A DNA stretch of 64,000 bases, from assembly GCA_919902995.1 (NCBI GenBank), contig CAKKSD010000032.1, positions 20,336 through 84,335 on the forward strand, in the 5' to 3' direction. Origin of the DNA: Thermodesulfovibrionia bacterium. Lineage in GTDB: Bacteria; Nitrospirota; Thermodesulfovibrionia; JACRGW01. The position numbers and the translations under genes were made by a program. Below are positions 35,116 to 45,375 of this stretch, one piece after another. Under the pieces are notes generated by a model that was not told where the DNA came from, ran no database searches, and was given only the letters and a program-made list of their open reading frames with translations. Each line of letters starts with the position of its first letter. Positions within the stretch are counted from its first letter, which is position 1.

Positions 35116-36810
35116 TTATTTTACCTTAAATACCTCAACTACTCTTTTCAGGTCTTCAGCATCCTTCCTGATGCCATTCATAGCAAGATCTATCTCTGAG
35201 GCTATATCCATTCCTTCCACAGCCACGGTCTTAACCTCGTCGATAGACCGAAGGATGGATTCAGTCCCGATTCTCTGTTCTTCTGTTGCCTTTGATATTA
35301 GCCGTGTCTTCTCCACAGTACTTTCAACAACTGAGCCTATCTGCCTGCTCCCACTTGACTGGTCTTCCATAGCCTTTTTCACATGTTTAGATATACTATC
35401 TACAACCTCCATTGCCTTCACAATCTGGTCTGTCCCGTTCCTGAGTTCACGGATTGCATTCGCAATATTAACTATCATATCTTTTACTCTTTCAACAGAT
35501 TCAGTCACCTGTTTCACACCCCGCGCCTGTTCAACAGCTGCCCCTTCTATGCCCTTTGCTGCAACCTGGGACTGTTGTGAAGAATGGATGATCGTCCTTA
35601 AGGCATCACCTACTGCGTAAACCAGTTTATTACCATCATCTACCCTTATAAGACCTTCCTTCATTATATCCACAGTATCCTGTGTCTCCTGCTGGATCGT
35701 AACTATCAGATCGGATATCTCCTTTGTAGAAGCAGAAGTCTTCTCTGCAAGTTCCCTGATCTCTTCTGCCACAACAGAAAAACTTTTACCGTGTTCCCCT
35801 GCCTGGGCAGCCAAGATTGCTGCGTTTAATGCCAGGAGGTTTGTCCTGGAGGTTACTGCATCAATAACAGCAACGATCTTATTTATCTCCAATGATCTCT
35901 CTTTCAGGCGGTTTACAGAATCCCCTGCTTTTTTAACGGAATCTCTAACCCTGTCCGTACCATCTATAGCATCAACAATAGAGAGCATTCCGAACTCCGA
36001 TGCATCAATAAGAACCTTCTCTGCAAGCCTTGCGGATTCCTTTGTGTTATCTACTACGGTTCCTATAGCGGCATTAATCTCTAATGTGGCTGCCCCTGTC
36101 TCTGATATAGTCTCTTCCAGGAACTCTGCACTTCTTGCAAGTTCTCTGGCAGAAGCCACCATCTCCTCTATGGAAGCCAATGTTTCAGAGATTGTATCTG
36201 AAAGTCTGAAGGTATTTTCGGCAACCTCTTCTATCGAGGAACCTATCTCAAGTACAGAAGATGAAGTTTCATCTGCAGATGTAGAAAGTGTAGATACAGA
36301 GTTTGCAATTTCCCTGATAGAAAAATTTAACTCCTCTACTGAGGAAGCGGTCTTCTCAACAGCCTCAACCTGGCTCCTTGCACCTTCCGCCATTCTCTTA
36401 GAGTTAAGTCCTATTTGTCCAGATGCAATTGAAACATTAACAGCAGATGTCTTGACCTTTCTTACTAACTCACCGAAATTTTCGATTATTCTGTTTATCG
36501 CCCTCTCTATATATGTAAACTCATCACCCGAATTAATCTTTATCATAGTTGTAAGGTCTCCCTCAGAAACCTTCTTGGTAGCCTCAACCACTTTTCCCAA
36601 TGGTTTTATCACTGCCTTCCTCAACAGAACCTGAAGTGCCACTGCCAAGAAGATCACACCTGCAAAAGCTATAAGTATAAGTTGTGGTATATTCTTCTTC
36701 AGTTCCAATGCTAAGACTATAAGGAAGCCCATCTCGATACATAGGATTGCAACTGTTAGAAAGAATAATTTTCCTGCTAATTTTCCTTTAAAGCTTCCAG
36801 GTTCCGCCAT
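35116..36810 (-). CDS. Methyl-accepting chemotaxis protein (2 TM, no periplasmic sensor, HAMP + MCP signalling)
   Basis: MCP signature NLLALNAAILAAQAGEHGKSFSVVAEEIRELAEKT. Confidence 0.85.
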   Translation of the reverse strand: MAEPGSFKGKLAGKLFFLTVAILCIEMGFLIVLALELKKNIPQLILIAFAGVIFLAVALQVLLRKAVIKPLGKVVEATKKVSEGDLTTMIKINSGDEFTYIERAINRIIENFGELVRKVKTSAVNVSIASGQIGLNSKRMAEGARSQVEAVEKTASSVEELNFSIREIANSVSTLSTSADETSSSVLEIGSSIEEVAENTFRLSDTISETLASIEEMVASARELARSAEFLEETISETGAATLEINAAIGTVVDNTKESARLAEKVLIDASEFGMLSIVDAIDGTDRVRDSVKKAGDSVNRLKERSLEINKIVAVIDAVTSRTNLLALNAAILAAQAGEHGKSFSVVAEEIRELAEKTSASTKEISDLIVTIQQETQDTVDIMKEGLIRVDDGNKLVYAVGDALRTIIHSSQQSQVAAKGIEGAAVEQARGVKQVTESVERVKDMIVNIANAIRELRNGTDQIVKAMEVVDSISKHVKKAMEDQSSGSRQIGSVVESTVEKTRLISKATEEQRIGTESILRSIDEVKTVAVEGMDIASEIDLAMNGIRKDAEDLKRVVEVFKVK

Positions 36811-36851
36811 CGCAACTTTCCTCCAATCGGTTCTCCTAAAAAACCGTTAAT

Positions 36852-39341
36852 CTACTTTCCAATCTTCTGCATAATCCTTCCTATTTCACTATAATCATCG
36901 TCGTGTGCTTCGACGAATCCTGTCTGTTTCGGATTTAGGGTTTTCAGAACCTGCCTTGTCTCTTCCTTTTGATTGTTGATGTCGAGAAGGGTCTTTTTAA
37001 GTTTTTCCTCTACTTTTGGGTCAATGTCTTTAGCTACACATATATTAAATCCCGGGATATCTGTAGATACCTTGATAATCTTCAGCCCCTGAGGGATGAA
37101 CTTATAGGCAATAGATTCGAGCATTCCGCCAGCATCAAACTCCCCCTTTAGAACGGACTGGGCAACATTATCATGATGTCCCAGGTATCTATAAGACCTA
37201 AGGTCTTTAAGATCTATTCCAACCTCGAGAAGCATATTTCTTGGGATGATATGGCTTGTTGTCGATTTTGGATCACCAAAAGCAAAGGTCCTACCCCTTA
37301 TATCTTCAACCCTATTAACTTTGCTTCCGTCTTTTGTTACTATTACAGAATTGGTGAAAGGTTTTCCATCAAGGACTTCTTTAACAATGGGCCTAACCCC
37401 ATATCTCTGGCTTGCCTCGATATAGGTAGTGGGTGTCATATAACAGATCTGGGTAACACCTTTGCCTAAATCCTCAATAGTTCCTTCAAAATCGAGGGCC
37501 AGCTTAAGACTTACCTTCATACCAAGGGCTATCGATAGATATTCAGTCAAGGGGGCAAATTTCCTGAACATCTCTGCCGGGGACTCTAAGGGTATAACAC
37601 CCATCCTTAAACCCTTTTCTCGGATATAAACCTCGCTTATCCTAAATCTCCCAGTTTCTGCCTTAAGGAGGTCTGTAGCCTTTGTAAGGGTAAATATCCT
37701 CTGGTTTATCTCGAAGGCGATATCCACAGTTTTCTTTGGTAGCTCCTTTGCCCCTTCTATTGAATTCACTATCAAATCACTTCCAATCTTCTGCTCCTGT
37801 ATGGAATTTGACATGTCCTGAATCTTTTCCGTAACAATCTCAACAGCCTGGGTTATCTGCTTACTTGCCTTAGATTGCTCAGAAGTAGCAGATCTGACCT
37901 TCTCTGTAATATCCCTCATCTTCTCAGCCGCAAGGACTATCTGTTCAACCCCTTTTGTCTGTTCAGAGATAGCGTTAGAAATATGAACTATCATATCCCT
38001 TATCCTGTCCATCGCCCCAACGACCTGCTTTATGCCCTTGGCCTGTTCTATAGTCGCCTTCTCTATCGAAGATGCCATCTCAGAAGAAATCTTCGCACTT
38101 TCCAGTATCTGTTTTAAGGCATCTCCAGCCTCCTTGCTAAGCCTGACCCCTTCTTCCACCTTACTGAGTCCCTCTCCCATCGCCTCTACCGCACCTTTAG
38201 CCTCTCCCTGAACAGAGGCAATGAGGTCTCCTATCTCTTTTGTAGAAGCCGCTGTCTTTTCAGCCAACTCTTTAATCTCCTCCGCTACTACTGAGAAACC
38301 CTTGCCATGTTCCTTTGCCTGGGCAGCCAGGATAGCAGCATTAAGGGCAAGGAGGGATGTCTGGTCAGTAACCTCATCTATAACATTAATGACCTTCCCT
38401 ATCTCTTCGCTTCTGCTGCCAAGCCTGTTTATCAATTCCGCGGTCCTCTCCACCTTCTCTTTTATCCCTTTCATTCCCTCTATTGTCTTTTCTATAGAGG
38501 CCATTCCGAGCTGTGAGGCATCTTCCTTAACCTTATCGGCAAGCCTCGCACTCTCTCTATAGGCGATTTCAACCTCTTTTATAGTAGCGTTAATCTCCTC
38601 AACAGCAGAAGATGTCTCTTCTGACGCCTTAGAAAGGACCTCTGCACTTTGAGCCACTTCCTTTACTGAGGCATTCATCTCATCTATAGAAGAGGCTGTT
38701 CCCTCTACAGAAGTGGATAGTGTAACGGTTGAATTTGCCACTTCATCCACCGACGACATCATTTCGAGTATAGAAGATGAGGTCTGTACAGCCGAAATAG
38801 ACAACTCATCTATAGAAGAAGCAATCCCCTTGATTTCTGCATTCAATTCTTCAACCGATCCAGTAATTGTCTCAATAGAACCAAGCTGTATCTGGGCAAA
38901 TTCTATTAACCTCTTTGAATCATCGGATACCTGAGAACCCACCCTTTCTACTTCTTTTGATACATCATTTATTCCACCGATCATGCTCTCCATATGGAAT
39001 ATAGATTTATTTATTGTATTAGCCAGATCACCTATTTCATCTCTTGATACAATCCCAGAAATCGGAGTGAGATTTCCCTCAGAGACTTTCTTCATAGAAT
39101 CTACCAGTCTTTCAATGGGGTCAATGACCATCCTTCTCAAAAGAACCTGAAGGATTATCGCAAAGAAGATAGCTATAGTTGATGCCAATAGGAAAAGCTG
39201 GACTATATCCCTCTTTAATTCTAATGTCAGGATAACAAGGAATACCATCTCGAGGCCCAGGATTGCGACCACCAGACTGAGGATTTTTATTCTTAGTTTT
39301 CCCTTAAAGATATTAAGTAGACTCATAATCAATTGATACAT
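36852..39341 (-). CDS. Methyl-accepting chemotaxis protein fused to a C-terminal PhnD/SsuA-like (phosphonate-type) substrate-binding domain
   Basis: 2 TM + HAMP + MCP signalling domain (LLALNAAILAAQAKEHGKGFSVVAEEIKELAEKT), then about 290 aa beginning GLRMGVIPLESP.. with hallmarks of the PhnD-like periplasmic-binding fold. Confidence 0.8.
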   Translation of the reverse strand: MYQLIMSLLNIFKGKLRIKILSLVVAILGLEMVFLVILTLELKRDIVQLFLLASTIAIFFAIILQVLLRRMVIDPIERLVDSMKKVSEGNLTPISGIVSRDEIGDLANTINKSIFHMESMIGGINDVSKEVERVGSQVSDDSKRLIEFAQIQLGSIETITGSVEELNAEIKGIASSIDELSISAVQTSSSILEMMSSVDEVANSTVTLSTSVEGTASSIDEMNASVKEVAQSAEVLSKASEETSSAVEEINATIKEVEIAYRESARLADKVKEDASQLGMASIEKTIEGMKGIKEKVERTAELINRLGSRSEEIGKVINVIDEVTDQTSLLALNAAILAAQAKEHGKGFSVVAEEIKELAEKTAASTKEIGDLIASVQGEAKGAVEAMGEGLSKVEEGVRLSKEAGDALKQILESAKISSEMASSIEKATIEQAKGIKQVVGAMDRIRDMIVHISNAISEQTKGVEQIVLAAEKMRDITEKVRSATSEQSKASKQITQAVEIVTEKIQDMSNSIQEQKIGSDLIVNSIEGAKELPKKTVDIAFEINQRIFTLTKATDLLKAETGRFRISEVYIREKGLRMGVIPLESPAEMFRKFAPLTEYLSIALGMKVSLKLALDFEGTIEDLGKGVTQICYMTPTTYIEASQRYGVRPIVKEVLDGKPFTNSVIVTKDGSKVNRVEDIRGRTFAFGDPKSTTSHIIPRNMLLEVGIDLKDLRSYRYLGHHDNVAQSVLKGEFDAGGMLESIAYKFIPQGLKIIKVSTDIPGFNICVAKDIDPKVEEKLKKTLLDINNQKEETRQVLKTLNPKQTGFVEAHDDDYSEIGRIMQKIGK

Positions 39342-39420
39342 GATCCATGATACATGATGTCTGAAAGTTTCGTGTATCTTGTATCATGCATCTTGTATCC
39401 CTTTCCTTATATCTTCATGA
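39342..39420. repeat. TGTATC/CATGAT short-repeat cluster upstream of the MCP-PhnD gene
   Basis: gatacatgatccatgatacatgatg ... gtgtatcttgtatcatgcatcttgtatccc. Confidence 0.55.
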
Positions 39421-40090
39421 CCTCTTCGATATTAAGGAGGCCAATGAATCTATCATCCACCAGGCTTATCCCTTCGAGAAAGTCTGCCTCTATACCTGTG
39501 ATAATAGTAGGAGTAGAATCTATAGACTCCCTAAGGAGTTTAATGACTCCAAGAACCTCATCAACCACAGCACCTATAGTCTCGTTCCTTATTGAGAATA
39601 TAAGAATTCTTCTCTTTTTATCCTGCTGAATTCCTTCCAGACCCAATCTTTCCTTGAGATCAAAGACAGGGATGATCTCCCCCCTTAAGGATGTTACACC
39701 CTTTAGATAGGAAGGTGTTCTCGGAACAGGTGTTATCTCGAGAGGTTTGAGTATTTCCCTTACATAATCTATCTTCACACCGTAAATCTCATCCCCAAGC
39801 CTGAAGGATATTACCTCAACTATTGACTCTTCTTCGCTGTATGGTAAAGAAGGAATCTCCTGAATCTCTTCCCTCACCTCTTTGGTTAACTCAACCTCGC
39901 CTGATTGTAAAAGTATCACTGTCTCTCCCTTTTCAATTGATATTGCCTCTTCTGTCCTCTTCCCTTCTGCTTGAAGATTTGATTCAGCATCCTCAGTCTT
40001 TCCCCGAACCTCTTTCTGTGTTAAGTCCTGGGGTTTTTCTTCCTTCGCCTTCTCCTGCTGTGCCTTTTTCCTAATATTCACAAGATCCAT
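39407..40090 (-). CDS. CheW-domain protein with about 80-aa charged N-terminal extension
   Basis: C-terminal 150 aa is a CheW fold. N-terminal region is K/E-rich and low complexity. Confidence 0.75.
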   Translation of the reverse strand: MDLVNIRKKAQQEKAKEEKPQDLTQKEVRGKTEDAESNLQAEGKRTEEAISIEKGETVILLQSGEVELTKEVREEIQEIPSLPYSEEESIVEVISFRLGDEIYGVKIDYVREILKPLEITPVPRTPSYLKGVTSLRGEIIPVFDLKERLGLEGIQQDKKRRILIFSIRNETIGAVVDEVLGVIKLLRESIDSTPTIITGIEADFLEGISLVDDRFIGLLNIEEVMKI

Positions 40091-40104
40091 CTAATTCTCC
40101 TTGT

Positions 40105-40917
40105 TCATCCTTTTAGGGCAAAGCCTAACTCCCCTGCAACATCCTCTATTATATCTTCCTCTATCAGACTCACACCTCTTCCAAAACCTTCGAGGAGTGC
40201 ATATGTACAGAGATTATTAATCTTCCTCGGTATTCCTCCTGAATGTCTGTGGACAGATCTGATGGCACTTTCCGTGAAGGTCCTTTCCTCCCTTCCTGCT
40301 ATAGATATTCTATGATTTATATAGGCATAAACCTCTTCTTCTGTGAGTCCTTCAAGGTGATAGAGCAGACCTATCCTCTGTCTCAGAGATTGATATGACT
40401 TCCCCTCAAGTCTTTTCCTTAAATCCGGTTGTCCTATAAGGACTATTGAGAGAAGGTTTGTATCATCGAGCTGGAAATTTGTAAGCAGCCTGATCTCTTC
40501 AAAGGTATCTTTACTTGGTATCAGCTGTGCCTCATCGATGATAATAATAGGTACATTACCCTCTGTATAAAGATTATAGAGAGAATTATAGATAACTTCC
40601 AGGATATTATTTCTGGATCTCGAAGGGCGGTCAATGCCAAATCCGCTTGCAAGGGTCTTTAACAGGTTAACCGGACTCAGACGGGGATTAATAATTAAGA
40701 CAATCTTATGGGAACTATTGAGGGAGTCTATGAGCGCCCTCGAAAGTGTGGTTTTCCCGGAGCCAATCTCTCCTGTGAGCAGAATAAACTCTTTCTCCTC
40801 AACTCCATACTGTAATCTCGCAAGTGCCTCGGCATGACCTTTACTCATATAGAGGAATCTCGGATCAGGGGTCTTACTGAATGGTTTCATCTTAAATCCA
40901 TAATATTCTTCGTACAT
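40105..40917 (-). CDS. ExeA/GspA-like AAA+ ATPase (AAA_22), no peptidoglycan-binding domain
   Basis: Walker A GEIGSGKTT, Walker B IIIIDEAQ, N-terminal YGFKMKPFSKTPDPRFLY typical of the ExeA family. Confidence 0.7.
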   Translation of the reverse strand: MYEEYYGFKMKPFSKTPDPRFLYMSKGHAEALARLQYGVEEKEFILLTGEIGSGKTTLSRALIDSLNSSHKIVLIINPRLSPVNLLKTLASGFGIDRPSRSRNNILEVIYNSLYNLYTEGNVPIIIIDEAQLIPSKDTFEEIRLLTNFQLDDTNLLSIVLIGQPDLRKRLEGKSYQSLRQRIGLLYHLEGLTEEEVYAYINHRISIAGREERTFTESAIRSVHRHSGGIPRKINNLCTYALLEGFGRGVSLIEEDIIEDVAGELGFALKG

Positions 40918-41045
40918 ATCAAAATCCTAGTTCAAAAATGATTCAAGATGCATGATGCCTGATGCACGTATCGTACTTCTGTCATTCTGTATCAGGCATC
41001 TTTTATCGGGCATCCTGCATCCTGTATCGTGCATCTTATTTTAAA
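40918..41045. repeat. CATGATGC / TGTATC repeat cluster with inverted repeat atgcctgat..atcaggcat between cheA and the exeA-like gene
   Basis: gatgcatgatgcctgatgcacg ... ctgtatcaggcatc ... gcatcctgcatcctgtatcgtgcatct. Confidence 0.55.
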
Positions 41046-43070
41046 TCATCTCCTTCTCACCATTGCCTCATCAATAAGGGCCTCTACATCTAAAACGAGT
41101 ATAACCTTATACTTTCCCATTTCTGTTGCCCCTGAAATCCCGGGGACACCCTTGAGGCTTTCTCCAAGAGATTTTATTACAATCTCCTGCTGTCCTATAA
41201 AATCACTCACCACTAAGCCGATCCTTCTCTCTCCAAAACCTACTACTACAATATTAATATTCTCTGTATCCTCACCAGGAGGCAGATTGAATGTCCTATC
41301 CAGTCTCATAAGAGGTAGCATCTCTCCCCTCAGTTCCAAGACCTCCCTCTTCTCTATGCTCTGCACCTTCTGGAAAGGAATCATCAGGTTTTCAGATACC
41401 GAGTTAATAGGGATCGCAAATATCTCCTTTGAAACCTTTACAATAAGTGCTTTAATGATCGCTAAGGTGATAGGAATTGTAATTGTGAAGGTAGTCCCCT
41501 TGCCAAACTCTGTGTCAATTTCAATGAAGCCACTAAGATCAGAGACCCTTGTCTTCACCACATCCAACCCCACACCACGTCCCGACATCTCTGTCACGTC
41601 TCTTTTAGTCGTAAAACCAGGGAGAAAGAGAAGTTCCAGTATTTCTCTCTTATTCAATACGGCATCCCTCTCGACGAGATCTCTCTCCATAGCCTTTTTA
41701 ATGACTGTGTCCGTGTCAATGCCTGCTCCGTCGTCTTCGATAGTTATGGCAACATGATTACCTCTTGGAAAGGCGCTGAGCCGTACAGTACCCCTCTCTT
41801 TTTTACCTGATCTTCTCCTGATATCAGGGGTTTCGATACCATGATCGATAGCATTTCTTATAATATGCATAAGCGGATCGGCTGTCTCCTCTGCCAGGAA
41901 TTTATCCAGTTCTGTCTCTTCGCCATAAAATTCCAGATCCACTTCTTTTTCTATACCTTGGCTGTAACGTCTCACAACCTGAGAAAGTCTTGAGAAGATC
42001 TGTCCTACAGGTATCATTCTCACCTCCATAATCTCATTCTGTAATGCGGTGAGTCTCTTACCTAATGACTGTGACACCCTTTGAAGGTCCATAGAAAGGA
42101 TGCTGTAGCCCTGAAGTTGTTTTAGTTCCTTACTTATTCTTCCAACGGCGGCCCTCGTGAGAACAAGTTCACCTACTGTATTCATAAGCCTATCTAACCT
42201 TTCAATATCTACCCTTACCGTCTTGCTCGTACTTTTTAATGATATATCTGAGGTAGAAGGAGTTCTGACCCTTGGTTCGTCTGATCTCTCCGAAGTTTGT
42301 ATGTCTTCAACATTTCCTACCCCTTTTTTCCTGCCAACCTCTTCAACAACAACCTTTCCCTTTCCTACTCTTTGGCTTATCACTTCAAGGTCTTCACTGC
42401 TACCTATGAGAAGGGTAAACTGGATTCCTTCCTGAGGAGATACCCCTGATGAAGGCAAGGTTGTAATAACCTCTCCTATGGTCTTCACTTTGTTATTCAG
42501 ACCTTCCAGATCTGTATCGAAACTCTGCAGATCAAAACTTGCCTTCAGAAGAAAGATATTTCTGCCTTCTTTAATATTGGTCTTCAGGCGGTACTCTTCA
42601 TATTCGGTGAGGACCTTAAGGATTGCCTGGTCGATATCAAGGGTATCTATGATAGAAATCTCAGAACTTTTTGACTTATCTCTAATAAATAGATCGATGT
42701 CGGAAAGTATGCCTTCAATATCAGTTACCTCTTCTCCCTTTTCTGCATCTCCAAGAAGTTTCCTCAATATGCCTAATCCTCCTATAATAAGATTGAGGAC
42801 ATCACGGTTAAGGTCTATCTTACCGAGACGGAGAGTATCAAGAAGGGATTCAAGACGGTGACTCAACTCGGACATTCTATTTAGGCTAAATATACCTGAT
42901 AGACCTTTTAGGGAATGGACTCCCCTAAAGATGGCATTCAGGGTATCAGGATTAAATTTCTCTTGGTAGGTTTCTTCTAATTCTTCAATATTATTGTTGA
43001 TTTCTGTCAGGAGATCTTCTGCCTCACCTAAAAACTCCTTCCTTGATCTCTCACCACCTATATCTGGCAT
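41046..43070 (-). CDS. cheA: Chemotaxis histidine kinase CheA
   Basis: Hpt (HSLKGLSG), dimerisation, HATPase_c (DDGAGID; GRGVGLDVV) and C-terminal CheW-like domain. Confidence 0.9.
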   Translation of the reverse strand: MPDIGGERSRKEFLGEAEDLLTEINNNIEELEETYQEKFNPDTLNAIFRGVHSLKGLSGIFSLNRMSELSHRLESLLDTLRLGKIDLNRDVLNLIIGGLGILRKLLGDAEKGEEVTDIEGILSDIDLFIRDKSKSSEISIIDTLDIDQAILKVLTEYEEYRLKTNIKEGRNIFLLKASFDLQSFDTDLEGLNNKVKTIGEVITTLPSSGVSPQEGIQFTLLIGSSEDLEVISQRVGKGKVVVEEVGRKKGVGNVEDIQTSERSDEPRVRTPSTSDISLKSTSKTVRVDIERLDRLMNTVGELVLTRAAVGRISKELKQLQGYSILSMDLQRVSQSLGKRLTALQNEIMEVRMIPVGQIFSRLSQVVRRYSQGIEKEVDLEFYGEETELDKFLAEETADPLMHIIRNAIDHGIETPDIRRRSGKKERGTVRLSAFPRGNHVAITIEDDGAGIDTDTVIKKAMERDLVERDAVLNKREILELLFLPGFTTKRDVTEMSGRGVGLDVVKTRVSDLSGFIEIDTEFGKGTTFTITIPITLAIIKALIVKVSKEIFAIPINSVSENLMIPFQKVQSIEKREVLELRGEMLPLMRLDRTFNLPPGEDTENINIVVVGFGERRIGLVVSDFIGQQEIVIKSLGESLKGVPGISGATEMGKYKVILVLDVEALIDEAMVRRR

Positions 43071-43120
43071 ATACCGAATTTATCATATAACCTCTGGAAT
43101 ATCAATTGAAAAACATTTTT

Positions 43121-43561
43121 CTATCTGCTATCAATTATAAATGTAACTGGCCCATCATTGTACATCTTCACTAACATCTTAGACCCGAACTCACCTGTTT
43201 TCACCTTAATGCCCTTATCTCTTAAGACAGTCACAAAACTTTCATAGAGTTTCCTTGCTTCATCTGGATGGGATGCATCATCGAAACCAGGCCTTCTCCC
43301 CTTTCTGGTATTCCCAAGAAGGGTGAACTCAGAAATTACAAGTAAATCCCCTTCCTTATCCAGTAGGGAAAGATTAAGTTTCCCCTCCTCATCCTCAAAT
43401 ATCCTTAGATTGCATATCTTTTCTGCAAGGTACTCTATATCACTTAAGCTGTCTCCCTTAGCAACTCCGAGAAGGACAACCAGTCCATTCCCAATTCTCC
43501 CTACCTCCTCTTTATTTATCTCTACCGATGCCTCCCTCACCCTCTGGATTACCACTCTCAA
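43121..43561 (-). CDS. dtd: D-aminoacyl-tRNA deacylase
   Basis: MRVVIQRV ... SEFTLLG ... GRRPGF, 146 aa. Confidence 0.9.
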   Translation of the reverse strand: MRVVIQRVREASVEINKEEVGRIGNGLVVLLGVAKGDSLSDIEYLAEKICNLRIFEDEEGKLNLSLLDKEGDLLVISEFTLLGNTRKGRRPGFDDASHPDEARKLYESFVTVLRDKGIKVKTGEFGSKMLVKMYNDGPVTFIIDSR

Positions 43562-43613
43562 ATTTAAATACCTCCTGAAAGTTAAATCTTATCCTCTAGT
43601 ACTTTTTCGAAAA

Positions 43614-43779
43614 TTATATCCTAACCTTTGATGAAAGCCTATTGATTGTACATTCAATCACTTTTACAACTTTTCTCTTTGTATTATGGCAAGGATGTCC
43701 CTTTACTTCTTTCTTGAAATCCTTAAAAGGCTTTGTTATTATACTATCTAAAGTATCTTTTATCGGTTCTTCGATCATA
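43614..43779 (-). CDS. Unannotated small ORF (54 aa), hypothetical
   Basis: MIEEPIKDTLDSIITKPFKDFKKEVKGHPCHNTKRKVVKVIECTINRLSSKVRI. Below the ORF-track cutoff; no recognisable family. Confidence 0.2.
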
Positions 43780-43809
43780 AATTAAACTTTAGAGGGGGGA
43801 TATATTTGG

Positions 43810-44253
43810 TTGGAAGAGCATGTCAATAAAGTATCCGTTAAGGCTAATCTCCTGAACAGGTTTATAGCTAGATTTATTGATTTCCTCATTGCAGGAGCTC
43901 TTCTTAAACTCCTTCCCCCAATAGGTTTCTTGGCAGGTATCACCTATCTCTTGATAGGTGACGGTCTATTTGATGGAAGGAGTCTTGGTAAAAAATTAAT
44001 AGGTTTAAGGGTCATCGTTACCAATAAGGATGTGGGATGCAGTTTCAGGGAATCCATTATAAGAAACTTACCATTCGGCATTGGTTATATCCTGTTTGGT
44101 ATCCCCTGGATAGGGTGGATTTTCGCATTGATAATCTGCACCTTTGAAGGGCTCCTGGTCATTGGTAGTGAAAATGGTGCAAGGATAGGAGATGAGTTGG
44201 CAAAAACTCAGGTTATTGATGACCGAAAAAATAATAATCAGATTACATTTTAA
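43810..44253 (+). CDS. RDD family membrane protein
   Basis: RFIARFIDFLI ... GRSLGKKLIGLRV (R..D..D pattern), 3 TM. TTG start with GA-rich RBS. Confidence 0.55.
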   Translation: MEEHVNKVSVKANLLNRFIARFIDFLIAGALLKLLPPIGFLAGITYLLIGDGLFDGRSLGKKLIGLRVIVTNKDVGCSFRESIIRNLPFGIGYILFGIPWIGWIFALIICTFEGLLVIGSENGARIGDELAKTQVIDDRKNNNQITF

Positions 44254-44260
44254 ATTGACC

Positions 44261-44305
44261 ATTTCAAATTTAATATTTGCAATGCTAAATGCTAATTTTA
44301 AAACG
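44261..44305. repeat. AT-rich palindromic repeat (aatatttgcaatgctaaatgctaatttta), family D
   Basis: Inverse-orientation copy of the motifs at 55282-55337, 57260-57306, 57421-57470 and 57838-57870. Confidence 0.6.
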
Positions 44306-44331
44306 ATTACTTAGTATATAGAAGGAGATAA

Positions 44332-45363
<1,032 letters not shown>

Positions 45364-45375
45364 AACTGATATGCG

